The notes under the pieces were generated by a model. It searched no databases and was not told where the DNA came from. It was given only the letters and a program-made list of their open reading frames with translations. From Urbifossiella limnaea (GTDB taxonomy: Bacteria > Planctomycetota > Planctomycetia > Gemmatales > Gemmataceae), in contig NZ_CP036273.1 of the NCBI RefSeq assembly GCF_007747215.1, positions 1,160,322 through 1,224,321 on the forward strand: 64,000 nt of DNA, given 5' to 3'. The first letter of the stretch is position 1. Each line of letters opens with the position of its first letter. Made by a program: the position numbers and the translations under genes. Of this stretch, positions 28,684 through 37,906 are shown piece by piece.

Positions 28684-29922
28684 ATGCCCACACGCCGCGC
28701 CTTCCTCGCCGCCGCCGCCGCGTCCCTCGCCGGCCCCGCTCGCGCACAGCCGGACCTTGCGCCGCTCGACCGGCTGATGACCGCCTTCCTCGCCGACCAC
28801 GCCGTGCCCGGCGGTGCCCTCGCCGTCGCCCGTCGCGGCCGGCTCGTCTACTCGCGCGGCTTCGGCCTCGCCGACCTCGACCGCAAGACGCCCGTCGGCC
28901 CCCGCAGCCTGTTCCGCATCGCCAGCGTCTCGAAGCCGCTCACAGCCGTAGCCGTGCTGCAACTCGTCGACGCCGGCAAGGTGCGACTCGACGACCCGGT
29001 GCTGCGGCACGTCACGCTCCGCCCGCACCTCGCGGCCGGCGCCGAGCCCGACGCCCGGCTGAAGGACGTGACCGTCCGCCACTGCCTGAACCACACCGGC
29101 GGCTGGGACCGCGACCGCTCCGGCGACCCCATCGGCATCCCCGCCCGCGTCGCCGCGGCACTCGGCGGTACGCCGCCGGTGTCGGCGACCGACGTGACCC
29201 GCTACACGCTCGGTCTCCGCCTCGACTCCGCCCCCGGCGAGCGGTACGCGTACTCGAACGTCGGCTACCTGCTGCTCGGCCGCGTCGTCGAAGCCGCGAG
29301 CGGGCTCCCCTACGAGCGCTACGTCAAGGAGCGCGTGCTGGCCCCGGTCGGCGTGACGACGGCGCGGCTGGGTCGCGCCCTGCCGGAGAACCGGCCGGCG
29401 GACGAGGTCCGCTACTACGACTCGAAGCGGAACACCGGCGTGTGCCTGTACCCGCCGCGGGCCGGCGAGCGCGTGCCGTTCCCCGACGGCGCCGGCAACC
29501 TCGAAGGCTACGAGGCCCACGGCGGCTGGGTGGCGTCGGCCGTAGACCTGGTGCGGTTCGCGTCGGCGTTCGACGACCCGGCGCGGTCGCCGCTGCTGTC
29601 GGCGGCGACCGCGCGGGCGATGTGGGAGCGGCCGGCGGGGCGCGCCGGCAACGACGCGGAGGGGAAGCCGAAGCCGGCGTTCTACGGCCTGGGCTGGGAC
29701 GTGCGGCCGGTCAACGGCGGTGTCAACGCCTGGCACTCCGGGCTCATCAGCGGCACCTCGACGCTGCTCGTGCGGCGCGCCGACGGGTTCTGCTGGGCGG
29801 TGCTGTTCAACACCGACCGCAGCTCGAACGGCCGCGTGCTGTCGGGGCTGATCGACCCGCTGGTTCACCGCGCCGTCGCCGAGGTGGAGGCGTGGCCGGC
29901 GGGTGAACCACTCGGGCGGTAG
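28684..29922 (+). CDS. serine hydrolase, class C beta-lactamase/PBP-related family, Tat signal
   Basis: RRAFLAAAAASLAG Tat motif. S-x-x-K active site in ASVSKPLTAVAVLQL. YSN motif (YAYSNVGY). Confidence 0.75.
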   Translation: MPTRRAFLAAAAASLAGPARAQPDLAPLDRLMTAFLADHAVPGGALAVARRGRLVYSRGFGLADLDRKTPVGPRSLFRIASVSKPLTAVAVLQLVDAGKVRLDDPVLRHVTLRPHLAAGAEPDARLKDVTVRHCLNHTGGWDRDRSGDPIGIPARVAAALGGTPPVSATDVTRYTLGLRLDSAPGERYAYSNVGYLLLGRVVEAASGLPYERYVKERVLAPVGVTTARLGRALPENRPADEVRYYDSKRNTGVCLYPPRAGERVPFPDGAGNLEGYEAHGGWVASAVDLVRFASAFDDPARSPLLSAATARAMWERPAGRAGNDAEGKPKPAFYGLGWDVRPVNGGVNAWHSGLISGTSTLLVRRADGFCWAVLFNTDRSSNGRVLSGLIDPLVHRAVAEVEAWPAGEPLGR

Positions 29923-29928
29923 CGCGGC

Positions 29929-30234
29929 TCAGCGGTGGTAGTGGCCGTTGTGGTAGTGGCCGCCGCCCCAGCCGGGGGTGAAGCCGCCGTAGCGGTAGCC
30001 GGACTGGTAGCCGCCGTAGCCGAAGCCCGGCGAGTAGACGCGCGGCGAGCCGAAGTTCAGGTTGAACGACAGGCCCGGCGAGTAGCTGCGGTAGCCGTAG
30101 GCCGGGTAGCTGGGGTACGCCGGTACGACGTGGTAGTGGTTGCGGTGCGGGACCAGCACGGCCGGCTGGGCCGCTGCGGACCCGGCCCCGATGCCAACAG
30201 CCGCGACGGCCGCGGCGAGAATGCTGAGCTTCAT
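29929..30234 (-). CDS. small secreted Gly/Tyr-rich protein
   Basis: Signal peptide MKLSILAAAVAAVGIGAGSAAAQP. Mature part YPSYPAYGYRSYSPG...GYGGYQSGYRYGGF...HYHNGHYHR. High GC3. Confidence 0.5.
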   Translation of the reverse strand: MKLSILAAAVAAVGIGAGSAAAQPAVLVPHRNHYHVVPAYPSYPAYGYRSYSPGLSFNLNFGSPRVYSPGFGYGGYQSGYRYGGFTPGWGGGHYHNGHYHR

Positions 30235-30305
30235 GGTGAGTCTCCTGCGGGGGGAATCCCCGCACGAGAAACGCTCAAGTCAAGTGGGCTTGCGCTCCGA
30301 CGGCC

Positions 30306-33300
30306 TCACGGCTCACCCGCCCGCGGCGCCGCCAGCGGCCGCAGAAGCTCCGGGTCCAGCAGGAACAGCTGCCGCCGGCCCGCCACGTCGGCCGCGTCCA
30401 CCCACACCTTGTCGCGGCCGCGGAATGCCTCCGCTACCGCCCGCGCCGCCAGCCGCGAGTCGATCGCCGCCCGCCGGTCGGCCAGCAGTCGAAGCCGCCG
30501 CGTCGCCAGGTCGGCGTCCACCGCAGCCGCGGCCTCGCCGGCCGCCACCCGTTTGGCCCGCTCCGCCGCGAGGGCGGCCCCCTCCTCGGCCGACACCGCC
30601 GAGCGCGCCCGCACCCACGCGCCGAACGCCGTCGCCTGCGCCTCCGCGTCCTTCACCTGCCGGTTCGCCTCCGTCCGCGCCCGGCTCACCGTCCGCTCCG
30701 CCTCCTCCGTCGCCCGCCGCACCGTCCGCAGGGCGTCGGCCTCGGCGTCGTTGAGCACGCGGTCGCGCTCCTGGATCGCCTTCGCCACCGAGTGGTACGA
30801 CTCCACGACCTCGCGCGGCGGGTGCAGGTCGTGCAGGGTGAAGCCGTCCAGCGCGATGCCGTGACCGGTGGGAGCGGCCGCGTCGAGGCGCCGTCGCAGC
30901 CGCGCCGTCACCTCCGCTTCAAGGCCGGCCCGGCCGACGGTGAGCAACTCGCCGAACCGGCCGCCGGCCACCAGCTCGCGCACGACCGCCTCGGCCGCGG
31001 AGCGCACCAGCCCGTCGGGGTCGGCGGGGCCGAACAGGAACTGCCGCGCGTCGGCGACGTGGTAGCGCACCGTGCCTTGAGCCACCACCAGGTCGCCGTC
31101 GCCGGTGATCATCACCTCCTCGTCGGTGACGGGGCGGGCGCCGTCGCCGTGGCTGCTGGCCCACGTCAGCTCGCCGCCGGGGCGACGCAGGCGGTCCGGT
31201 TGCGGCGCGGCCGCCCGCACTTCGGCGAGCACCTCGCGGAAGCCGACAGCCACCGTGCGCACCTCGGCGGTGCGGACGCGCGTCACCGTCTCGACCGGCC
31301 ACGGCCAGCGGACGTGGAGCCCGGGCGGCAGGTCGGCGGCGACGGCGCCGAAGCGCTGCACCACGCCGACCTCGCCGGGTTCGATCTGCGTGAAGCACGT
31401 CAGCCCCCAGCCGACCAGCAGCGCCGCCGCGGCCGCGCCGCCGACCCACTTCCACCGGTGACCGATTTCGTGCAGCAGGTCGTCGACGTGAACCGTGTTC
31501 ACCCAGCGGTCGAAGCCGCGGGCCGCGGTGCGGAGGCGCGACAAGCCGGGACTGTCGGCGGTGCGGTCGAACGCGAGCAGGCGCATCGAGTTCAGCAGCA
31601 CCAGGAGCGAGCCGAGCTGGTGGTACAGGACGCCGACCAGCGGCGCCTTCTCGTACCACCCCGGGCCGGTCGCCAGCAGCGGCCACAGCCAGCCGGTGAG
31701 GACGATGCCCACGAGGTTGACGCCGAACCCGAAGCCCAGAATGTTCTGGCGGATGATCTTGACCGTTTCGCGGGACAGCCGCACGAGCAGCGGCAGCGGC
31801 CGGAGCGGCTCGCCCATCAGCACGATGTCGCCGGCCTCGGCGGCTACGTCCGTGCCGCCGACGGCAATACCAACCGCGGCGCGGGCCAGCGCGGGGGCGT
31901 CGTTCACTCCGTCGCCGACGAAGCAGGTCAGGGTGGGGGAAGCGGCGGCGACGAGTTCGGCCTTTTGTCCCGGCAGCAGCTCGGCGTGAACGTCCGTCAC
32001 AGCCACCTGCGCGGCCACGGCCCGCGCCGCGGCGGAGCGGTCGCCCGTCAGTAGCGCCACCGGCGCGATGCCGAGCGCCCGCAGCTCGGCGATCACCCCC
32101 GCCGCCTCGGGGCGCACCCGGTCCCGAGCCCCGACCGCGCCGACAATTGCGCCGTCCTTCGACACGAGAAGCGAACTCTGACCCGACTCGTCGAGTTGGC
32201 TCAGGGCCGCGTCCGCTTCTTCGGGTATGGCGACGCCCTTCTCCGCCAGCAACCGCCGCGTGCCGACCAGGATCGACGCCCCGCCGGCCGTCGCGCTCAC
32301 GCCGCCGCCGGGGAACGCCTCAAAGTTCTCGACCGCCGGCGGCGTCAGGCCGCGCGCGGCGGCTGCGGCCAGCACCACCCGCGCCAGTGGGTGCTCACTT
32401 CGTGCCTCGGCGGCGGCCGCGAGCGCCAGCACGTCGTCGGCCGTGGCACCGTTCAGGGGCAGCACGTCGCCGAGTTCGAGTTTCCCTTCCGTGAGCGTGC
32501 CGGTCTTGTCGAACGCGAACGCGGTCACGCCGGCGAGCCGCTCCAGCGCGGAGCCGCCCTTGATGAACACACCCGTACCCGCGAGCCGACCCAGCGCGGC
32601 GATCACGGCCGCGGGCGTTGCCAGGATGAGGGCGCACGGGCACGCCACCACCAGCACCCCGAGCGCCGGATACGCCGCCACCCGTGCGGCTGCGGACACA
32701 GTCGGCCGAGGCACGCCTTCGGCCGGCGTCGCGGCGAGCTGGAAGCCGATGTTGGCGACGAACGTGACCAGCGCCAGCACCAGCACCGCCGGCAGGAAGT
32801 AGCGGGCCAGTCGGTCGGCGTGCCGCTCTAGCGGCGCCTTGTCCTTCAGAGCCGCGGCCGTCAGATCGATCACCTGCCCGGCCACCGTTTCTTTCGCCAG
32901 CTTCTTCGCCTCGACGGTCAGGCTCCCGCCCATCACGATGCTACCGGCCATCACCGCGTCGCCGGGCGCCTTGTCCGCGGGCAGGCTCTCGCCGGTCAGC
33001 GCGGAGGCGTCGACGGCGGCGCGGCCGTCGGTCACGACGCCGTCGGCGGGGACGCGGCCGCCGGGCTTGACGACGACGCGGTCGCCCGGGAGCAGGTCGG
33101 CGGTGAAGGTGCGGACTTCCTCGCCGTCGCGGAGCACCCAGCAGCGGCGCGGGAACAGCTCGGCCAGCGACCCGAGCGCGCGCTGGGTGCGGGCGAAGGT
33201 GACGGCTTCGAGGCACTCGCCGGCCAGGCCGATGAACACGACCTCGGCGGCGACGAGTTCCTCGCGCAGCAGGATGGCCGCGAGGCACGCCACGGCCAGC

Positions 33301-33575
33301 GCCAGGTCGGAGCCAATGCGGCCGTCGAAGAGCGATTCGAGCGAGTTGTACAGGACGCGGGCGCCGCCCACGACCGCGGCGAGAAGTGCGTAGCGGTAGC
33401 CGAACGGCTCGCGGCTCCAGGTCGGCACCTCGATGCCGAACCCGGCGAGCCAGCCGACGAGCGGCGGCCCGAGGTCGGCGGCGAGGAGCGCGCCGACGAG
33501 CGCGGTGAGGGCGTACAGCCCGACGGGGGACTGCGGCCGGAACGGCTCGTCGGCGCCGGAGATCTCGCGGTGCAT
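30306..33575 (-). CDS. heavy-metal-translocating P-type ATPase (P1B, no N-terminal HMA domain) fused in-frame to a C-terminal SPFH/band-7 (HflK-like) module
   Basis: CPC motif ACPCALILATP, DKTGTLT, TGDRSAAA, GDGVNDAPAL and eight TM helices. After the last ATPase TM there is no stop: a about 40-aa linker, a new TM (WVGGAAAAALLVGWGLTCF), EPGEVGVVQRFG and a coiled-coil-rich SPFH-type tail to the stop at 30306. Start chosen at MHREISG (33575); the alternative is 33695. Confidence 0.7.
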   Translation of the reverse strand: MHREISGADEPFRPQSPVGLYALTALVGALLAADLGPPLVGWLAGFGIEVPTWSREPFGYRYALLAAVVGGARVLYNSLESLFDGRIGSDLALAVACLAAILLREELVAAEVVFIGLAGECLEAVTFARTQRALGSLAELFPRRCWVLRDGEEVRTFTADLLPGDRVVVKPGGRVPADGVVTDGRAAVDASALTGESLPADKAPGDAVMAGSIVMGGSLTVEAKKLAKETVAGQVIDLTAAALKDKAPLERHADRLARYFLPAVLVLALVTFVANIGFQLAATPAEGVPRPTVSAAARVAAYPALGVLVVACPCALILATPAAVIAALGRLAGTGVFIKGGSALERLAGVTAFAFDKTGTLTEGKLELGDVLPLNGATADDVLALAAAAEARSEHPLARVVLAAAAARGLTPPAVENFEAFPGGGVSATAGGASILVGTRRLLAEKGVAIPEEADAALSQLDESGQSSLLVSKDGAIVGAVGARDRVRPEAAGVIAELRALGIAPVALLTGDRSAAARAVAAQVAVTDVHAELLPGQKAELVAAASPTLTCFVGDGVNDAPALARAAVGIAVGGTDVAAEAGDIVLMGEPLRPLPLLVRLSRETVKIIRQNILGFGFGVNLVGIVLTGWLWPLLATGPGWYEKAPLVGVLYHQLGSLLVLLNSMRLLAFDRTADSPGLSRLRTAARGFDRWVNTVHVDDLLHEIGHRWKWVGGAAAAALLVGWGLTCFTQIEPGEVGVVQRFGAVAADLPPGLHVRWPWPVETVTRVRTAEVRTVAVGFREVLAEVRAAAPQPDRLRRPGGELTWASSHGDGARPVTDEEVMITGDGDLVVAQGTVRYHVADARQFLFGPADPDGLVRSAAEAVVRELVAGGRFGELLTVGRAGLEAEVTARLRRRLDAAAPTGHGIALDGFTLHDLHPPREVVESYHSVAKAIQERDRVLNDAEADALRTVRRATEEAERTVSRARTEANRQVKDAEAQATAFGAWVRARSAVSAEEGAALAAERAKRVAAGEAAAAVDADLATRRLRLLADRRAAIDSRLAARAVAEAFRGRDKVWVDAADVAGRRQLFLLDPELLRPLAAPRAGEP

Positions 33576-33732
33576 TGCGGCTGTTGTACGGCCGCGCCGC
33601 CCCCCGGGTTGAAGGAACTTGGTGATCCTCTCGCCAGCCGCCTCGAAGCGGAACGCGAACGACGGCCACACCTTCCCGAGGGCGTGGAACGTCACCGTCT
33701 TCGGACTCGCACGTCGTCGCCTACGGTCGGGG

Positions 33733-34737
33733 TCAGCGGCGGAGACCCGGGCGGGCGCCCGACCCGGCGCGGATCCGCTCCACGTCGCTCTGCAACTTCT
33801 CGGACGCCGTCGGCCCGCCGGGGGCGGTCACCTTCGGCCACTGGAAGGAGAAGACCCGTCCGCCCAAACCGGCGAGCCGGCCCGGCTCGATGCCCGCCAC
33901 CGCCGGCCGGTACTGCACGAGTACGTACTCGGTGGACACGCCGACGGCCTTGCCCAGTTCCCCGGCGCCCGGGAGGCCGGGGGTCAGGGGAAGGACCTCG
34001 GCCCGGAGCGTGGTGCCGCCGGGAATGTCGAGCAGGAGCGTGCCGTCCCCGTTCGGCACGGGCGGGCTCACCTTCAGGACGACGGTCGCCAGCCCGGCCC
34101 GGCCGCTCTTGTCGTCCGGCCCGACCACCCGGACCTCGACCACCTGTTCGACCTTCACGTCGTAGGCCGGCGACTGGGCCGCGGCCGGGGCGGGCTGGAA
34201 GGCCGTGCGCATGACCAGCGCCTGGAACGCCGGCCCGGCCTCGCACGGCACCCAGTAGTGCTTGTGGTCGCGCTTCCGGTGGACGTGCACGGGGCACCGC
34301 GGCGGGTCGTAGGACTCGACGAACAGGCCGGGGTCGTGGGCGAATGCCGCGTACAGCTCGTACACGTCCGGCCGGTCCACGACCGGGTCGGCGTGGAAGC
34401 TCAGCTGCCGCTGCCGGCCCGAACTCCCGCCGGCGACGAACCCGCTGGTGACGGTCCGCATGATCCCCTCGACCGGGCCGGTGTCGCGGCTCAGCCCGGT
34501 GGACGCGCCGAGGGTGCCGGCCACGTCGTCGGTCGTTTGGGCGAGGATGTCGCGGTAGCCGAGATGGACGTACACCTGGTACGTGCGGGCGCGGATCAGG
34601 TTGTCGATCGCCTGCTCCGTGTACAGGTCGCACACGGCGACGCGGAACTGGTCGGTGTCGCGGGCGAGCTGCCGGGCGGTACACCCGGCCCCGGCAGCCA
34701 GGACCATGGCCCCCAGGAGGAAGCGGAATCCGCGCAT
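33733..34737 (-). CDS. putative lipoprotein (hypothetical)
   Basis: MRGFRFLLGAMVLAAGAGC with a lipobox-like LAAGAGC. 334 aa with high GC3. Immediately upstream of the ATPase-SPFH gene on the same strand. Confidence 0.55.
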   Translation of the reverse strand: MRGFRFLLGAMVLAAGAGCTARQLARDTDQFRVAVCDLYTEQAIDNLIRARTYQVYVHLGYRDILAQTTDDVAGTLGASTGLSRDTGPVEGIMRTVTSGFVAGGSSGRQRQLSFHADPVVDRPDVYELYAAFAHDPGLFVESYDPPRCPVHVHRKRDHKHYWVPCEAGPAFQALVMRTAFQPAPAAAQSPAYDVKVEQVVEVRVVGPDDKSGRAGLATVVLKVSPPVPNGDGTLLLDIPGGTTLRAEVLPLTPGLPGAGELGKAVGVSTEYVLVQYRPAVAGIEPGRLAGLGGRVFSFQWPKVTAPGGPTASEKLQSDVERIRAGSGARPGLRR

Positions 34738-34831
34738 GGCTACCCCGCGTCTGAGTCGAACGGCTTGACGAATTTTTCGTCAGGCACGGTCGTGCGACTT
34801 GAGCGGATTCTGCCCGTTGCGCGGCCGCGGC

Positions 34832-35515
34832 TCACTCCGCGGGCCGGCTCATGGCGTTGAGCGCCGTCTTGAGCGCCGTCACGTTCGTGGCCGTCTCCGG
34901 CCGGCGGTCGGCGCGGTATTCGGTGTTCGTGGCCGGGTCGGGGCGGATGACCGATCCGTCGAGGGCGACGCCGGCGAACAGCCCGCGGCTGCGCGAGTAC
35001 GACAGCACCTCGGCCCGCAGCGGCAGGTCCGTCGCCGCCATCGCCTGCCGGCCGACCGGCCCCGCGGCCACGCCGGCGTCGGCGCCGAGCGTCAGCTTGG
35101 CCTTTCCTTCCAGGACGCGGTCGAGGCTCTTCTGGTCGCGGAAGACGAGCACCACGTCGGTGGCCTCGACGCCGGCCTGGAAGCCGACCGAGCCGCCGCC
35201 GAAGTTCACGAACACCGGGTCGGCCCAACCGTCGGCGGTGCGGGCGAGCGCGACGCCGTGCCCGCCGCTGCCGGCGACGATGAACCCGGCCTTCACGACG
35301 CGCGGGATCACGACGACGCCCTTCGCGTCGGCGAGCAGCGTCGGCGGGATGCTCTTGTCCGGGATCCGGGAGAGTTCTGCGAGCACGGTCGTGGCGGCTG
35401 TGAGCGTCTCGGTCGGCGGCGGCGCGAGGCGGTCGCGGAGCCGCTCGCGCGGCGGCTGCGCGGTGACGCACGCGGCCCCGGACAGAACGACTGCGGCGAG
35501 GAGGAGGCGGGTCAT
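34832..35515 (-). CDS. SYLF (Ysc84/DUF500) lipid-binding domain protein, secreted
   Basis: Signal peptide MTRLLLAAVVLSGAACVTAQ. GVVVIPRVVKAGFIVAGSGGHGVALAR...GGGSVGFQAGVEATDVVLVF matches the SYLF domain. Confidence 0.65.
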   Translation of the reverse strand: MTRLLLAAVVLSGAACVTAQPPRERLRDRLAPPPTETLTAATTVLAELSRIPDKSIPPTLLADAKGVVVIPRVVKAGFIVAGSGGHGVALARTADGWADPVFVNFGGGSVGFQAGVEATDVVLVFRDQKSLDRVLEGKAKLTLGADAGVAAGPVGRQAMAATDLPLRAEVLSYSRSRGLFAGVALDGSVIRPDPATNTEYRADRRPETATNVTALKTALNAMSRPAE

Positions 35516-35629
35516 GTCGGGGTCTCCGTTGGGGGTTGCGGTTCGTTGCTCAGGATGTGGCACGAAACGCAGCAACCCCCGGACCGGGGGCGAAGATACT
35601 CGCGTATTTCCGCCGGGGGCAAGGTGGAC

Positions 35630-35672
35630 TTGGGCGGGCTGGACGGGCTGGACGGGGTGGACGGGGTGGGCG
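35630..35672. repeat. tandem repeat (GGACGGG[C/G]T)x4, G-tract rich
   Basis: GGGCTGGACGGGCTGGACGGGGTGGACGGGGTGGGCGGG in the intergenic region between the SYLF and Cys-rich genes. Confidence 0.5.
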
Positions 35673-35726
35673 GGAGTTGGTGCGGTGCGGGTAGGTCGCC
35701 GGTGGCGACCTACCCGCACGCGGGTT

Positions 35727-36254
35727 TTAGTGGTTCAGGTAGCTGTCGTAGTTACAGGGGTTGAACGGGGCGGTGGCGCCGGAGCCGATCACCGGGTGGT
35801 TGCAGTTGCCGTGGCCGAGAGCCTTCGGGCCGCACGGGGCGAAGAACGACCGGCACGAGCCGAACACCACGCCCAGGTCCGACCGCAGCGAGCCGCAGCC
35901 GTTGTTGCACGGCTGGCCGTACCCGCACTTGGTGCCGAGGTAGCCGCCGGTCGCGTTCATCACGAAGCCGCGGTGGGCGGTGCCGCCGGGGCCGCAGTTC
36001 GTGCAGCCGCCGGTGCCGGTCACGACGGTCGTGCCCGGGGCCGGGGCCACGGGCGTGCTCGCCGCGGCGGCCGGCGGCAGGGAGCCGGGGGCGGCCACGG
36101 TCGGGGCGGTCGGCCCCGGGGCCGGCTGAGCCACGACCTGCTGCGGGACGACGACCGGGGCCGGGGTCTGGGCCGAAGCCGAGCCGGCGAGCGCGGCGGC
36201 GCCGACGACCGCGGCGGCGAGCCGGCCCCAAATCCGAAGACGCATGACGTTCAC
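35727..36254 (-). CDS. secreted Cys-rich protein (hypothetical)
   Basis: Signal peptide MRLRIWGRLAAAVVGAAALAGSASAQ. C-terminus has 12 Cys (GGCTNCGPGG...KCGYGQPCNNGCGS...CNHPVIGSG..NPCNYD). Confidence 0.5.
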   Translation of the reverse strand: MNVMRLRIWGRLAAAVVGAAALAGSASAQTPAPVVVPQQVVAQPAPGPTAPTVAAPGSLPPAAAASTPVAPAPGTTVVTGTGGCTNCGPGGTAHRGFVMNATGGYLGTKCGYGQPCNNGCGSLRSDLGVVFGSCRSFFAPCGPKALGHGNCNHPVIGSGATAPFNPCNYDSYLNH

Positions 36255-36517
36255 CTTTCCTTGTCGGGGCGATGCCGCTTCCGTGGCGGCTCACCTCCCC
36301 GTTCGGCGGCCGCGGCCCGCGGCGCTCGCCGTTTCGCGCCGCGCCGCCAACGGATTGTGCGCCCGGCGGTGGCGTGGGGGCGGTCGTGCCGCGGGGCGCG
36401 CCCGGGCGGCGGCGGCCGGCGGTGCGGGTTGGATCGGCTGGCGCGGTCGGCCGGGGGAATCTCCTTCCGACCGCGACCGGGTCGCGAGTAGCTTCGACGT
36501 CCGACCGAGGAGCCGAC

Positions 36518-36691
36518 ATGACCCGGGCGCGCGTGACCGTGTGGGCCGTCGTGGTGCTGCTCGCGGGGTGCGGCCGCCCACGGCTGCCGCGGAACGCGGT
36601 GGCGCCGCGCGACCGGGTCGAACTGGAGGCGCGGCCGCGACCCGCGTCGTGTCCGGCGCCGACGGCCGGGCGCGGCGGGTGGAACTCTTGA
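36518..36691 (+). CDS. possible small lipoprotein (57 aa)
   Basis: GAGGAG SD 6 bp upstream of the ATG. MTRARVTVWAVVVLLAGCGRP has a lipobox. GC3 is high. Confidence 0.3.
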   Translation: MTRARVTVWAVVVLLAGCGRPRLPRNAVAPRDRVELEARPRPASCPAPTAGRGGWNS

Positions 36692-36771
36692 CGATCACGC
36701 CGATGGGATCGGTTCCGCAGCCGCCACCCCAGGAAGTCGCTGGACCGCCGGCACCCTGACGGGAGTAACGC

Positions 36772-36998
36772 ATGCGCCGCGGATGGTCTCTGCTCGTGCT
36801 GCTCTTCGCGGTCGCGGCGGCGGACGCCCGGCCGACCTGGACGGCGACGCCCCGGCCGGCAATTACCGCCTCGTCTTTTGGCACGAGAAGGTGGGCTTCA
36901 AGGACGGAAAGGTCGGCCGGTTCTGCACGCTGGTGGCGGTCGTCGCCGGGAAGGACGTCATGATGGCGCTGCCGGCGGTGCCGTTCGACGTGCGCTGA
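36772..36998 (+). pseudogene. small secreted protein gene with apparent 1-nt frameshift after the signal peptide
   Basis: GGGAG SD plus ATG and signal peptide MRRGWSLLVLLFAVAAADA with high GC3 in frame A up to about 36832. High GC3 then continues only in the -1 frame (ADLDGDAPAGNYRLVFWHEKVGFKDGKVGRFCTLVAVVAGKDVMMALPAVPFDVR*), ending at 36998. Confidence 0.35.
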
Positions 36999-37031
36999 GC
37001 CGGCGAGCGCCAGAAACGGGGTGTCGGCCAC

Positions 37032-37811
37032 TCACGGACTCGTCCGCGGTCGGTCCTCCGTGCGGAGGAACGCCCGCAGGTCGGCGAGCCGATCGGTGTT
37101 GATCAGGTCCGCGTTGGCGGCGACCAGTTCGCGCCACACGGCCGGCGTCTCGGGTGCCGCCCAGAATCGCACCATGCGGCCCTTCGCGTGCGCCTTTCGG
37201 ACGAACTCGCGCAGCCGGTCGCGCTCGGCCGTCGGCATCGGCCCCGCCCCGTCCCAGCGGAACTGCGACCCCCAACTCGCGCTCACCCAGGGAACCAACT
37301 CGGCCGGCGCGTCGCCGTCCAGATCGGCCGGGCGGCCGTCGATCGCCGCGTGCCGCACCGCGGCCTTCGTCAGCGCCGCGCGGTCGGCGTTGCCGCTGAC
37401 CACCACCGTCACCGCCTTCCGCTCGGTCTTTCCGTCGCGCGTCGTGGTGAGGACGTCGGCGTAGTCGGCGAGCACCTTCGCCAGCGCGGCGCCGGTCGAA
37501 GCCGCGTCGGTCTTCACGTCCACGAGGAGGTAGAACGGCGGGCCGTTGCGATGAACCGATCCGCCGTTGGCGCGGGCGCGGGCGCGGAGTGGGTCGAGGT
37601 AGAGCGCCTGGAGCGTGCGGCCGGCCTTCAGCCCGAACGGCGTGTGTGCCACGAGCAGTCCCTCGCGCGTCAGCCACACGTCGGCCTCGACGCTGCGGAA
37701 GCCGTGGGCGAGGGCGTCGTGCAGCGGCCGCGGGTGCTCGTAGTCGTTGTGGGCGTGCGCCCGCGGCACCGGCGCGGCCAGCGCGAGCGCGAGGGCGAGA
37801 CTGGCGGGCAT
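37032..37811 (-). CDS. PLC-like phosphodiesterase (PI-PLC X-domain/GDPD-like TIM-barrel) family, secreted
   Basis: Signal peptide MPASLALALALAAPVPRAHA, then HNDYEH...SVEADVW, typical of PI-PLC-X-like phosphodiesterases. ATG at 37809-37811. Confidence 0.6.
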   Translation of the reverse strand: MPASLALALALAAPVPRAHAHNDYEHPRPLHDALAHGFRSVEADVWLTREGLLVAHTPFGLKAGRTLQALYLDPLRARARANGGSVHRNGPPFYLLVDVKTDAASTGAALAKVLADYADVLTTTRDGKTERKAVTVVVSGNADRAALTKAAVRHAAIDGRPADLDGDAPAELVPWVSASWGSQFRWDGAGPMPTAERDRLREFVRKAHAKGRMVRFWAAPETPAVWRELVAANADLINTDRLADLRAFLRTEDRPRTSP

Positions 37812-37906
37812 CGGTGCGCTCCGGGGTAGATGGTGCGGCCGGTCGCCACACATGGTACGATTCGCGGCCAGAGAGTAGTAACCCGTCTCGATTCCGGAGC
37901 GTGCGT

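Noticed and set aside
33576-33695. N-terminal 40-codon extension (MTFHALGKV...) of the ATPase-SPFH ORF
   Set aside because: Low GC3 (aca aca gcc gca). The TM region begins right after the internal Met at 33575. The extension cannot be excluded and is noted as an alternative start.
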